From IMG/VR virus record IMGVR_UViG_2786546133_000001, positions 1 through 64,000 of that record: a DNA stretch of 64,000 bases; one strand, given 5' to 3'. Of the stretch, positions 18,213 through 27,262 are shown in pieces (the stretch's first letter is position 1; every line of letters begins with the position of its first letter). A model generated the notes under the pieces. The model was not told the origin of the DNA, did not search any database, and saw only the letters and a program-made list of their open reading frames with translations. Position numbers and translations under genes: made by a program. This DNA is from a virus. Lineage: Duplodnaviria > Caudoviricetes.

Positions 18213-19084
18213 ACGACCGCATCGAGCCCGACGACGACGAGACCGCGGTCCGTACGATGCTTCGCCGTCTCGGCGTCCGCCCCCCTGGATACGACGCCGA
18301 CGAGGACGCCGAGCAGCGGCCCGCGCCCGCCGCCGTGGTGGTCCCGCCCAAGCCCGACTATGACCCGGACGTCCCGGCGCCCGCGCCGCGCCGGTCGAGC
18401 GTGCCGCGCCTGCCGGACCGGTGGAAATCCCGTAAGCCCGACCTCGAGGACGCCGCGGCGTCCGAGGACGGCGAAGGCGACGAGCCGGAAGAGCCGGCCC
18501 TCGACGAGCAGCACGACGACGACGGCGACGAGCAGCCCGCCCGGCGCCGCCGTCCGCGCCTGCGGAAGGTCTCGAAGGACCCTGACGCCGTCGACGACGA
18601 CGAGCCCGACGACCTGGGCGAAGAGGATGACGAGGACGCCGCAGAGGACGACGAAGACGCGGGGGAGGGGCAACGGCGCAAGCGCGGCGGCAGGTGGCGG
18701 CGCTCGCGCGGCGAGACGACCAGGCCGCCCTTCGCGACCGCCGTCCCGCTGTACCGCGAGACCGAGAAACGGTCACTCGCCGAGCTGTTCCGCAGCATCC
18801 CGGCACACAAGAAGTGGCTGCTGTACGTCGGCAGCGGCTTCGGGGCCGGCTGGTACTTCGGCATCCCGCAGTACGCCCGCGACGCGACGGCCGCCGTCGC
18901 GCAGCACGGGGGCCGGCTCCAGGACAACCCCGACGTCTACTTCTGGGGCGTCGTCGCGCTCGTCGTCGTCTCCCTCGACCGCAAGACCCGCCGGTCGTGG
19001 TTCCTGATCGCCTGGGCCACGCGCGGCCTGACCGTCTGCCTGATCGTCGGCGCGCTGTTGTACGGCAACCCGCTCCCGAACTGA
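18209..19084 (+). CDS. Membrane protein with acidic N-terminus (spread-module-like)
   Basis: ATGA coupling; 3 C-terminal TM segments. Confidence 0.75.
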   Translation: MNDRIEPDDDETAVRTMLRRLGVRPPGYDADEDAEQRPAPAAVVVPPKPDYDPDVPAPAPRRSSVPRLPDRWKSRKPDLEDAAASEDGEGDEPEEPALDEQHDDDGDEQPARRRRPRLRKVSKDPDAVDDDEPDDLGEEDDEDAAEDDEDAGEGQRRKRGGRWRRSRGETTRPPFATAVPLYRETEKRSLAELFRSIPAHKKWLLYVGSGFGAGWYFGIPQYARDATAAVAQHGGRLQDNPDVYFWGVVALVVVSLDRKTRRSWFLIAWATRGLTVCLIVGALLYGNPLPN

Positions 19085-19114
19085 TCCAGCCCCACACGCA
19101 AAGGAAGCTGACCC

Positions 19115-19531
19115 GTGAAATCCCTGATCCCTTCGCTCGGGGTCGTCTCGTTCGCCGTCGTGCTCACTGTCGTGCTGATCCTCGGCACGAAGGAACAGAA
19201 GGTCGGCAAGGCGAAGCCGCTCGGCTGGTGGTGGGTGCTGATCCTGAGCATGATCGCCGGGGCCTCGTACACCGCCGCCGGGTGGCCGTTCAACATCGTC
19301 TCTCAGTTGATCATGGGGGACGGCGTCAACCTGATCACTGCCGCCCTTCCGGGGATCTCGCTGCCCGGCCTCGTGCTCGTGCTGCTCGCATTCCTGGCGT
19401 GGGTGGGGCTCAGCCGGCGGCAGGTCGCCGTGACCGGGATCATCCTGGTTCACATCATGGCGGGCGCCGGCGGTGGGTTCGGCACCCTCGCGCAGCGGAT
19501 CCACACGATCGCGATGCACTTCGCGTCATGA
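19115..19531 (+). CDS. 4-TM membrane protein (spread-module-like)
   Basis: Almost entirely hydrophobic helices. Confidence 0.8.
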   Translation: MKSLIPSLGVVSFAVVLTVVLILGTKEQKVGKAKPLGWWWVLILSMIAGASYTAAGWPFNIVSQLIMGDGVNLITAALPGISLPGLVLVLLAFLAWVGLSRRQVAVTGIILVHIMAGAGGGFGTLAQRIHTIAMHFAS

Positions 19532-20778
19532 CCACCGTCACGGCGCAGACGCCCGGCCCGGACGGCGAGACGACTCAGCTCGCCGCCGGGCTCACGGACG
19601 AGCAGGCTCAGGCTCACGTCTCCCGTGAGCCTGAGCCTGAGCCGATCTGTGAGCCTGAGCCCGACACCGAGCGTGAGCCTGAGCCTGAGCCCGACGCCGA
19701 GCCTGAGCCGGGGGAGAGGCCCGAGAAGATCCGCGCGCTCGCGATCCCCGACCTGCGCCCGTACGCCGACGCGAAGGCCGCCGTCGGCCTCGCTCGCCGC
19801 GGCATGGCCGCGAGCCGCAAGCCGGCTGCCAGCATCGGCCGCCGCGTCCTGACGGCGCTCGCCGCCGGGCTCAGGCTCATCTGGTCGGGGAGCGTGACCC
19901 TGCTCGGCCTGCTCCTCGGCTGGCTCGCCGGCACGTACGGCACGAAGCCCTCGATCCCCGCCCGGCTCGCGATCGGACTCGGCGCGCTGCTCGCCGTCGT
20001 TCACACCGTCGGCGAGTTCCCCACGCAGGGCGCGACCGGCGTCGTCTGCCTGTGGTGCGTGGCCGCGATCGCCGCCGGTCGCGGCGCCTTCGACAAGCTG
20101 CTGGGCAAGGGCAAGAAGAAGGCGCAGAAGGCCCCCGCGAAGGACGGCGAGAAGGCACCCGCGCAGGACGTCGCGAAGGACGACGGCGACGCCCCGGCGC
20201 TCCGCCGGAAGGGCCTCGCCCGGTGGGGGCGCAGGACCGCCGAGCAGGCCCCCGCCGAGGACGCCGACGGCACCCCCGGCGAGGACGTCGACGAGGACCT
20301 CGACGAGCCCCCGCTGACGGCCCTTATCCGGGAGCTGACCGGCGACGACAACGGGGTCCACCTGAGCACCCTCCGCCCCGCCATGCGGCAGCGCCTGCCG
20401 GGCCTGTCGGGGGCCACCGATAAGCAGCTCAGGCAGGTGCTCGTCGACGCGGGTTACGACCCCTCCCGTACGTTCCGCGCGAGGGGTGTCGCCGGGCGGG
20501 CCGGTGTGCACCGCGACGAGCTGCCGCCGCTGCCCTCCCCCGGCGACGGCCAGGAAGCGGAGAGCGACGGCTCTTCACCCCCGGAGAGTGGCCCTGACCT
20601 GCGTAAATCTCCGCACTCTCCGCCCCCGGAGAGTCGCCCGGAGAGAGGCCGGAAGGCCCGCTCGCAGGCCCCGGAAGGGTGGACCGAAGAGGACGTCGCC
20701 CGCGGCTACCGGTGGGTGAACGACGCCTCGCGCGGCCCGTCGGCATGGGTGATCGAGCACAGGCAGGACGCCGGCTGA
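19528..20778 (+). CDS. Membrane protein with EP repeats and C-terminal putative DNA-binding domain
   Basis: ATGA coupling; 3 TM; GVHLSTL...RQVLVDAG...RAGVHRDELP. Confidence 0.7.
   Translation: MTTVTAQTPGPDGETTQLAAGLTDEQAQAHVSREPEPEPICEPEPDTEREPEPEPDAEPEPGERPEKIRALAIPDLRPYADAKAAVGLARRGMAASRKPAASIGRRVLTALAAGLRLIWSGSVTLLGLLLGWLAGTYGTKPSIPARLAIGLGALLAVVHTVGEFPTQGATGVVCLWCVAAIAAGRGAFDKLLGKGKKKAQKAPAKDGEKAPAQDVAKDDGDAPALRRKGLARWGRRTAEQAPAEDADGTPGEDVDEDLDEPPLTALIRELTGDDNGVHLSTLRPAMRQRLPGLSGATDKQLRQVLVDAGYDPSRTFRARGVAGRAGVHRDELPPLPSPGDGQEAESDGSSPPESGPDLRKSPHSPPPESRPERGRKARSQAPEGWTEEDVARGYRWVNDASRGPSAWVIEHRQDAG
19604..19638. repeat. Perfect 15-bp inverted repeat of the TGAGCC unit
   Basis: AGGCTCAGGCTCACG-tctcc-CGTGAGCCTGAGCCT. 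Confidence 0.8.
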
Positions 20779-20898
20779 CAGACCGGCGCAGGGAATCGAA
20801 CGGTCCGTACGAATAGTGAAAGAGGGGCAATCATGGGCCGGTCACGCGGCGCGTCCTCCATCATGAGCGGTAACGACGCGCGAGTGAGGAGAACGATC

Positions 20899-21153
20899 GT
20901 GAGCGGCCCGTACGCGTACCGCTGTCCGTTGTGCCGGACGACGTCGCCGGCCGTCGACACCAAGCCCGAAGCGCGAGCGGCCGGTGCGCGGCACCGCGAC
21001 CAGTTCCACGGCGGCGACCACCCGGACGGCGAGGAGATCATCCCGGTCGAGGCCGAGCCGGTGCGGTGGGCCGACGTCCCGCGCGGGCAGAAGATCGCGA
21101 CGGTCGTCCTCGTCGTCGCCGTGCTGCTCGGCGTCTGGATCAAGAACTTCTGA
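20899..21153 (+). CDS. Small zinc-finger protein with C-terminal TM
   Basis: GAGGAG RBS; CPLC...HRDQFH; hydrophobic tail. Confidence 0.75.
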   Translation: MSGPYAYRCPLCRTTSPAVDTKPEARAAGARHRDQFHGGDHPDGEEIIPVEAEPVRWADVPRGQKIATVVLVVAVLLGVWIKNF

Positions 21154-21167
21154 CCTCCGCCGCTCGC

Positions 21168-21208
21168 ACGAAAGCCCCCCGCCGTCTCGTACGGCGAGGG
21201 GCTTCGTC
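21168..21208 (+). terminator. Stem-loop terminator
   Basis: AAGCCCCCGCCGT-ctcgt-ACGGCGAGGGGCTT. Confidence 0.6.
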
Positions 21209-21258
21209 GTGTCGGCCGCCACTCCCCCACTCGGCGCGTGATCCTCAGGCCGGTCGCC

Positions 21259-21335
21259 GGGCTCAGGCTCACGGGCTCGTGCCGCTACTCGGGCCCACGG
21301 GCTCACGTCGCGCGGCTCAGGCTCACGGGCTCACG
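21259..21335 (-). repeat. Non-coding GGCTCA(G/C) repeat cluster (reverse complement of the EP repeats)
   Basis: GGCTCAGGCTCACGGGCTC x2 plus partial copies. Confidence 0.7.
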
Positions 21336-21343
21336 TCGGCCGG

Positions 21344-21844
21344 CTAGTTCGCCGCCGTCTCGCGGATGCGCGGGACGCCCGCCTCGTCGGCGAGCTGATA
21401 GATCCGGTTGCGCTTGTACGGCACGTGCTGAGCGATCTCGCTCGGCCCGATGTGCCGCTCGGCGTAGTGCTTCACGATCCCCTTGTGCAGCGCCTCGCGC
21501 GCCTTGTCGACCGCACCCTCGGCGGCCTTGAACGCCTTCGTCAGATCGTCGAGCTCGCCGGTCGCGGCGTCGACGGTCGCGGCGTCGTACTTCGGCTGTG
21601 GCCCCTTGGGCAGCGGCTCGACGCCGCCGGCCTTGCCGATCCTGCCGACGTGCACCCGGTCGTAAGGCGTGTGCTCGGCGATGACGCTCGGCGGCGCGTT
21701 GCGCGCCTTGAGGTGCCGGACGATCGCGGCTTGCAGCTTGTCGCGCGCCTGGTCCTGTTTCTCCTCGGCGCCGGTGAACCGGGTGGTGAGCCGGGTCAGG
21801 TCGCGGATCGCGGCCGTTTTGTTCGGGTCGGGTGTCGGTGACAT
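21344..21844 (-). CDS. Putative repressor with duplicated coiled-coil-HTH domain
   Basis: ATG at 21844; PPSVIAEHTPYDRVHVGRI and GPSEIAQHVPYKRNRIYQL; divergent from promoter copy 3. Confidence 0.75.
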   Translation of the reverse strand: MSPTPDPNKTAAIRDLTRLTTRFTGAEEKQDQARDKLQAAIVRHLKARNAPPSVIAEHTPYDRVHVGRIGKAGGVEPLPKGPQPKYDAATVDAATGELDDLTKAFKAAEGAVDKAREALHKGIVKHYAERHIGPSEIAQHVPYKRNRIYQLADEAGVPRIRETAAN

Positions 21845-21865
21845 GCGGCCACTATGACACACGAT

Positions 21866-21959
21866 GGTGCAACGACAAAGTGCGTCGGATAACTTCCCCC
21901 GTAATCCTGTGGTGCAACTTGACAGTGCAACGTGAGCGTGCAACATTATGTGTGTCAGC
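21866..21959 (+). promoter_or_regulatory. Conserved promoter/operator, copy 3 of 5, with extra GTGCAAC boxes
   Basis: GTGCAAC at 21912, 21925 and 21938 (13-bp period) and at 21866; TTGACA at 21919, AACATT at 21942. Confidence 0.8.
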
Positions 21960-21997
21960 ACGAACGACGGCGCAGGCCACCGAGGGGGACACGCGAA

Positions 21998-22354
21998 ATG
22001 AGCACCGGCAAGAACGCGAAGCCGATCACCGGCCACTGCCTCAAGTGCCGCCGCGCTCTCCGCAACCCCAGCCCCGACGGTTACGGCCCGAAGTGCCGCG
22101 TCATGGTCCGCAAGGCCCGCAAGGCCGCCGTCGTCGCGCAGTACAAGGCGCACCTGGTCGAGAAGGCCGAGGAGCTGATCGAGCAGGGCGCCCTCGTCCC
22201 GCTGCGTGGGAACCGCGTGTTCCTCGCCGTCTCCTCCGACGGCTCGACCGCGTACCGCACCCACCGCGCCGCCTGCACCTGCCCCGCCGGAATCAAGGGC
22301 GTGCACGTCTGCAAGCACCGCATTGCGGCCCACATCGTCAGCCTCGCCGCCTGA
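21998..22354 (+). CDS. SWIM zinc-finger protein with N-terminal CxxC...GYGPKC finger
   Basis: CTCPAG....CKH. Confidence 0.8.
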   Translation: MSTGKNAKPITGHCLKCRRALRNPSPDGYGPKCRVMVRKARKAAVVAQYKAHLVEKAEELIEQGALVPLRGNRVFLAVSSDGSTAYRTHRAACTCPAGIKGVHVCKHRIAAHIVSLAA

Positions 22355-22420
22355 CCCGACCGCCCCGTCCGGGGCGCCGCGCTCGGCGCCCCGGACCGAC
22401 CCCAGAACGGAGCGACACCC

Positions 22421-22987
22421 GTGACGCTCAGCACCGGACGGCAGCCCGCGCACACGCTCGGCGTCGGCGACCGCTACCTGATCGCCGGCCCCGACGGGAA
22501 GCCCCTCGAAGCGACCGTCGCCAGGATCCGGCGGAACAGCATCACCGACGCGACGACCGTCTACCACGTAGGCAGCCCCGACCGCGCGAAGACCTACCAC
22601 CCCGACGCGCTCGCCGCGATCACCTTCCGCGCGCCCCGCAAGCCCGCCGCCGAGGTGCTCGGCCTCGGCAGGCAGCCGGCCTCGACGCTCGGCATCGGGG
22701 ACCGCTACGTCGCGCTCGGCCACTTCGACAAGCGGTACCGCCGCGAGGTGACCGTCTCGTACGTCTGGGACAACGTCGACGGCTCGTTCACCGTGCACCA
22801 CCAGTCGGCCGACCCGATCACCTCCGCGCACTACACGAGCGCCTCGCCCGTGCACGTCCTGCACCGCGCCGAGCGCTGCGACCACGGCGGCCCGTGGGAA
22901 GAGTGCGTGTTCTGCGCCGACATCGAGTGGCCCGCCGAGGTCTACACCGCCTATCTGGGCGCCGCCGAACCGCGCGCCGCCGCCTGA
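22421..22987 (+). CDS. Hypothetical protein with internal duplication
   Basis: GRQPAHTLGVGDRY / GRQPASTLGIGDRY. Confidence 0.75.
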   Translation: MTLSTGRQPAHTLGVGDRYLIAGPDGKPLEATVARIRRNSITDATTVYHVGSPDRAKTYHPDALAAITFRAPRKPAAEVLGLGRQPASTLGIGDRYVALGHFDKRYRREVTVSYVWDNVDGSFTVHHQSADPITSAHYTSASPVHVLHRAERCDHGGPWEECVFCADIEWPAEVYTAYLGAAEPRAAA

Positions 22988-23057
22988 ACCGCTCACACCC
23001 TGTCCGGGCATCGGCGTACGGTGCCCGGTCCCCGTCGACCGAACGGAGATCAAACCC

Positions 23058-23486
23058 ATGTCGGCACTGCCTCGCACCATCCCCGCCGCCGCACTCCAGC
23101 AGCTCCGTGACGCGCTCGCCGTGGCCGACGTCGTCCTGAGCGCGGACGTGAAGCCCGGTACCCGCGTGACGTACCTCGCGACGTACCGCGGGACGGTCTG
23201 GGAACTGACCTATCTCAGTCACGGCATGGCCTGGCGTGCGATCGGACCCGGGCACGAGCACGGGACCGGCGTCTTCACGAACGAGGCCGCCGACCTGATC
23301 ACCTCCGCGACGGACGCCGCGCTCGACGCGAACGCCCTCGACGCCGCCGCCGAGACGCTGCCCGTGCCCGCCACGCCGCGCACGTACGCGGGTGTCTCCG
23401 TCCCCCAGCTCGTCGTCGAGCACTGGGACGACGAGCGCGGCGAGTTCTGGCGGTTCGGCGTCCGTACCGCGCTCGCCGCCTGCTGA
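23058..23486 (+). CDS. Hypothetical protein
   Basis: GGAG RBS. Confidence 0.75.
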   Translation: MSALPRTIPAAALQQLRDALAVADVVLSADVKPGTRVTYLATYRGTVWELTYLSHGMAWRAIGPGHEHGTGVFTNEAADLITSATDAALDANALDAAAETLPVPATPRTYAGVSVPQLVVEHWDDERGEFWRFGVRTALAAC

Positions 23487-23557
23487 CCCTCCCCCACCGA
23501 CCCGGGCGCCGCCTGCCGCGGCGGCGCCCGCTCATCCACCGATCGGAGACACACCTG

Positions 23558-24523
23558 ATGAACCTCGCCAAGGGCGACCGCGTCCGCACGCTCGTCGACG
23601 CCCCCGCCGCCTGGGAAGGCGTGCTCGCCGTCCCCGCCGGATCGCTCGGCGTCGTCGACGGCCTGCCCGTCGGGTACGGCGGGTACGGGATCGTCGTCGA
23701 CGCCGACCCGACCGGCCAGACCCTCGACTACGCCGCGAACGAGATCGAGCTCGTCGTGTTCAAGAAGGGCGACAAGATCGTCTGCCCGAACATGACGCTC
23801 CGCGCCGTCGACCACATGGCCGATCGCGTCGACGGCGAGCCGCTGCACGTCGTCGCAAGCGACGGCGGCTGCTGGCCGGTCGCCGCCTGCCTGCGCGCCA
23901 ACTGGGAAGACCTGCTCGCCGCGCACCGCCGCACTCACGCGGCAGGCGCCCGCGTCCGCACCGACCCGGACCCCGCCGACCCGGAGTGGCAGGCCGCCCT
24001 CGACGAACTGGGCCGGTCGCTGGACTTCCTGCGGATCGCCGACCCGTCGTACCGCGTCGCGCTCGCCGAGGACGACGCCCGCGACGCCGTCCGCGCGAAG
24101 TACGAGAACGCGACCGGCTTCGCCCCCGTCGGGCAGCGCGACCGCGACGAGCCCCTCGGCTGGTCCTTCCGCGTCGGCTTCGGCGCGACCACTGAGTACG
24201 GCGTGGTCCCGTACGACGGCGACGTGAACCAGTTCGGCCTCTACACCTACCGGGCCAAGGCCGAGCGCGCCCTGATGTACGAAGAGCCGCCTTACGTCGC
24301 CGCCCGGCGCGTCGTCCGCAGCGCCTGCCCCAACGCCCGCGACTTCCAGCCCGTTCACTCGCCCGGCGGCGAGCTGCTGCGCGGCTGGACGTTCGCGACC
24401 GGCCGCGACCGGTGGGAGCGCTTCGGCGCCGTCACCGCCGGCGGCCGCGTCTCGAAGGCCCCGCTCGACACCGATCGCGCCACGGCCCGCCGCCGCCTGC
24501 TCGACGACGACGCGCAGGCCTGA
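23558..24523 (+). CDS. Hypothetical mosaic protein
   Basis: GGAG RBS; repeated KGD.V and F.PV...G.L.GW.F modules. Confidence 0.75.
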   Translation: MNLAKGDRVRTLVDAPAAWEGVLAVPAGSLGVVDGLPVGYGGYGIVVDADPTGQTLDYAANEIELVVFKKGDKIVCPNMTLRAVDHMADRVDGEPLHVVASDGGCWPVAACLRANWEDLLAAHRRTHAAGARVRTDPDPADPEWQAALDELGRSLDFLRIADPSYRVALAEDDARDAVRAKYENATGFAPVGQRDRDEPLGWSFRVGFGATTEYGVVPYDGDVNQFGLYTYRAKAERALMYEEPPYVAARRVVRSACPNARDFQPVHSPGGELLRGWTFATGRDRWERFGAVTAGGRVSKAPLDTDRATARRRLLDDDAQA

Positions 24524-24583
24524 CCGCTCGACCGGCCGGGCGCCCGCGCGGCGCCCGGCCCCGACCCGGAACGGAGACACGTC

Positions 24584-24829
24584 ATGCCCGGACACAGTCA
24601 CCGGCGCTGCCCGAAGTGCGCCGCGACCAGGCCGCACCGCACGCACCTCGTCACGCTCGACGGCCGCCAGGTGTACCGCACGCGCTGTATCGGCTGCGGC
24701 ACCGAGTCGGACCGGCCGGTCGCCGCGGAGCCGGCCGCGCTGCCGCTCGACGAGCCGGTCTACGGCCGGGCCGCCGCCGACCTCGGCGCCGCCCTGCGCG
24801 CGCTCGTCGCCGACGGGGGGCGGGCATGA
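24584..24829 (+). CDS. Small zinc-ribbon protein
   Basis: CPKC...CIGC. Confidence 0.7.
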   Translation: MPGHSHRRCPKCAATRPHRTHLVTLDGRQVYRTRCIGCGTESDRPVAAEPAALPLDEPVYGRAAADLGAALRALVADGGRA

Positions 24830-25479
24830 GCGAGCAGCACGCCGACGCCGCGCCGGTCACCGGCCGGGCGACCGGCCTGACGCCGTCGGCGATCGAGACG
24901 CTCAGGGCGCGTGCCCGCCGCGAAGCCGGCTCGCTCGTCGACCCGCGCGTCCTGGTCTCGCCGGTCCACAACGGCGAGTGGTGCTCGGAGGTCCTCGGCC
25001 GCCCGTTCCCCGGCGAGCGTTACGTCACGTGGCCCGAGCGGTACCTGTTGCACATCGCGACCGAGGCGGAGCCGTGCCCGCCCCCGCCGCCGGTCGCGAC
25101 GGCCGCCGCCGCGGCGGTGCGCGAGCAGCTCGAAGCCGCGCAGCGTGCCCGCGTCGAGCGGCACGCGCGGCAGGTCGAGGTGTGGGAGCGGCTGCGCGAG
25201 GCGCTGCCCGTGCCCGCCGAGGTGCGGCACAACTACACGTCGCACCGCCACCTCGGGCACTACTCGCAGGGCGGCGATCACATCTATCTGCCCGAGGGGA
25301 TCGCCGTCGGCCGACTCGTGCGACCGGCGCACCGCGTCCTGTGCTGGACGCCGTCGCGGGCTCGTGACCTGCGGGAATTCCCGGAACCGGCGACGGACGG
25401 GCGCGTGCCGTCGTGCCGGGCGTGCCTGCGGTCGGCCGGTCGCCTGACCGGCGTCGACGTCTCTCCGCTCACTCCCTGA
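24826..25479 (+). CDS. Hypothetical protein
   Basis: ATGA coupling; H...C...CRAC. Confidence 0.7.
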   Translation: MSEQHADAAPVTGRATGLTPSAIETLRARARREAGSLVDPRVLVSPVHNGEWCSEVLGRPFPGERYVTWPERYLLHIATEAEPCPPPPPVATAAAAAVREQLEAAQRARVERHARQVEVWERLREALPVPAEVRHNYTSHRHLGHYSQGGDHIYLPEGIAVGRLVRPAHRVLCWTPSRARDLREFPEPATDGRVPSCRACLRSAGRLTGVDVSPLTP

Positions 25480-25488
25480 GCGTGAGAC

Positions 25489-25530
25489 TTGACGGTGCAA
25501 CATGATGGTGCCATTATTAATCACGTGAGC
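25489..25530 (+). promoter_or_regulatory. Conserved promoter/operator, copy 4 of 5
   Basis: TTGACG-GTGCAACATGATGGTGC-CATTAT...GTGAGC. Confidence 0.8.
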
Positions 25531-25565
25531 GGGGCAAACGGCCCGGCCAGACGGAGGGACGCACC

Positions 25566-26282
25566 ATGAAGCACGCCGACGGAATCAAGATCCTGGCTCA
25601 GCAGTACATCGACACCGAGGTCCGTCGGCGCAAGACGGCCGCCGCCGAGCTGCTCGACGAGAAGCTCATCGGACGGCGCATCGAGACCTACTCGATCGGC
25701 AAGGTCCTCGAAGCCGCGTTCGAGGCCGCTCCGTGGCGCGAGCTGCTCGTACTCGCCGAGGAAAAGGGCATGGCCGACGCGCTCGATTCCGTCCGCAACC
25801 GTGCGACGAAGGCACTCCTCGAAGGCGCCGAGAGCACGAGCACGAACCAGCTCACGAACGAGGCGGGCCGACTGGAGCGCGAGGGCCTGCGGATGTTCCT
25901 CTCCCGCACCTACGGCTGGGCCGAGACGATCCGCGAGCAGGAGGCCGAGCAGGCGGCCGAGGCCGAGCAGGAAGCCGCCGCCGAGCAGCAGGCGGCGGAC
26001 GTCGTCGACGACGAGCCGAAGAAGACGCCGACCGACAAGCCGAAGAAGCCGACCCCCGCACAGCTCGCGATGCTGCGGAAGATCGAGACCGGTCAGGTAA
26101 CGATCAAGGAACTCGGTTACGCCAGGCGCGCCGCCTTCGGCCCCCACGGCCGCGAGAACCTCGGCGTCGTCGAGAACTGCATCTCGGGCCGCTTCGCCGA
26201 GCTCGACACGTCGACGACCCGCTACCAGGGCCAGGCCGTCCGCCTCACCGACGCGGGCCGCGCCGCCCTCGCCGCCGCCTGA
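25566..26282 (+). CDS. Hypothetical protein with C-terminal winged-helix-like motif
   Basis: GGAGG RBS; TPAQLAML...VRLTDAGRAAL. Confidence 0.8.
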   Translation: MKHADGIKILAQQYIDTEVRRRKTAAAELLDEKLIGRRIETYSIGKVLEAAFEAAPWRELLVLAEEKGMADALDSVRNRATKALLEGAESTSTNQLTNEAGRLEREGLRMFLSRTYGWAETIREQEAEQAAEAEQEAAAEQQAADVVDDEPKKTPTDKPKKPTPAQLAMLRKIETGQVTIKELGYARRAAFGPHGRENLGVVENCISGRFAELDTSTTRYQGQAVRLTDAGRAALAAA

Positions 26283-26387
26283 CGGCACCCCACGCTCACC
26301 GACGGGGCGCGTCCGCACCCAACCAGCGGACGCGCCCCGCGGGCGCCCCAGACCGCCGCACTCGCCCTCTCGCCGAAGGAACACCCG

Positions 26388-26837
26388 ATGCCCGCCACCT
26401 CCGCTCGCGCCCTCACCGTCGACGACGTCACCGTGACCACCGACGACATGGGCCGCGTGTACGCCGTCATCCCCGACGAGATCGCCCGCCCGCTCGCGCT
26501 CGCCGCGCTCGAAGGGATCGACCCGCAGGCGCGCGGGATCCACTTCGAGTCGGTCGCGCACCCCGCCGACTCGTGGGCGGCGGCCACGGTCCGGACCATC
26601 TTTGAAGCGCTGCTCGCCTCCCCCGACGTCGCCGACGACCCGCACGAATGGGGCCTCGGCCAGTACCGCAAGCACGACGGCGGCACCTTCTACGGGTTCA
26701 TTGTCGGCGCGAGCGGCTGGGACACGGCCCGCCGCTGGTGGCGCGACTACGACAACACCCGCGACCTGCGCGTGAGGGGTAACGCGAGCATCGCGTACCG
26801 CTCGCGCGGCGCCCTCGCCGGAACCTGCACCTTCTGA
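26388..26837 (+). CDS. Hypothetical protein
   Basis: AAGGA RBS. Confidence 0.75.
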   Translation: MPATSARALTVDDVTVTTDDMGRVYAVIPDEIARPLALAALEGIDPQARGIHFESVAHPADSWAAATVRTIFEALLASPDVADDPHEWGLGQYRKHDGGTFYGFIVGASGWDTARRWWRDYDNTRDLRVRGNASIAYRSRGALAGTCTF

Positions 26838-26953
26838 CCGCCCCCGCCGCCCCCACGACCGCCGTCGCGGCGTGCTCGCCCTCCGCTCGCGGACACGCCC
26901 CGACGGCCCCCCCAGACCGCCCCGCAGACCCGGGCAGCGAAGGACCCGCACCC

Positions 26954-27175
26954 ATGACGATCAGCACGACGACGACCGCCCCCGAGCCGCTCGACGGCTG
27001 CCCCGGACCCGAGCGCGCGCACTGCGCCTACTGCGGGTCGACGAGCGTCAGCCGACCGGGCGCGCTGCTCGGCAACGGCGACACCTACTGCTGCGGCGCC
27101 CCCGTCTGCCGAGGCGACCGCGGGGACTGCGTCGCCGACCTGGAGGCGCACGAGAAGGCGCTGACGCCGCCCTGA
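26954..27175 (+). CDS. Small Cys-rich protein
   Basis: AAGGA RBS; 7 Cys. Confidence 0.65.
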   Translation: MTISTTTTAPEPLDGCPGPERAHCAYCGSTSVSRPGALLGNGDTYCCGAPVCRGDRGDCVADLEAHEKALTPP

Positions 27176-27262
27176 GACGCCGAACCCGACGGGGGCCGAC
27201 GAACCGCGCGGCCCCCGCCCCCGACCGCCCCAGACGAGACCACAGGACGAAGGAGCAACGCC

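Noticed and set aside
17647-19710. Short tandem repeats as a possible CRISPR array
   Set aside because: Hexamer units inside coding frames; no repeat-spacer structure and no cas genes
20796-20812. TCGAAC-ggtcc-GTACGA resembling an actinobacterial LexA box
   Set aside because: Spacer is 5 rather than 4 nt and one half-site mismatches; unsupported
26311-26330. CCCAACCAGCG as the trigger RNA for the late leader motif
   Set aside because: Complementary to only about 8-9 nt of the leader and lacks the GGCCCA part; it is the loop of an ordinary hairpin
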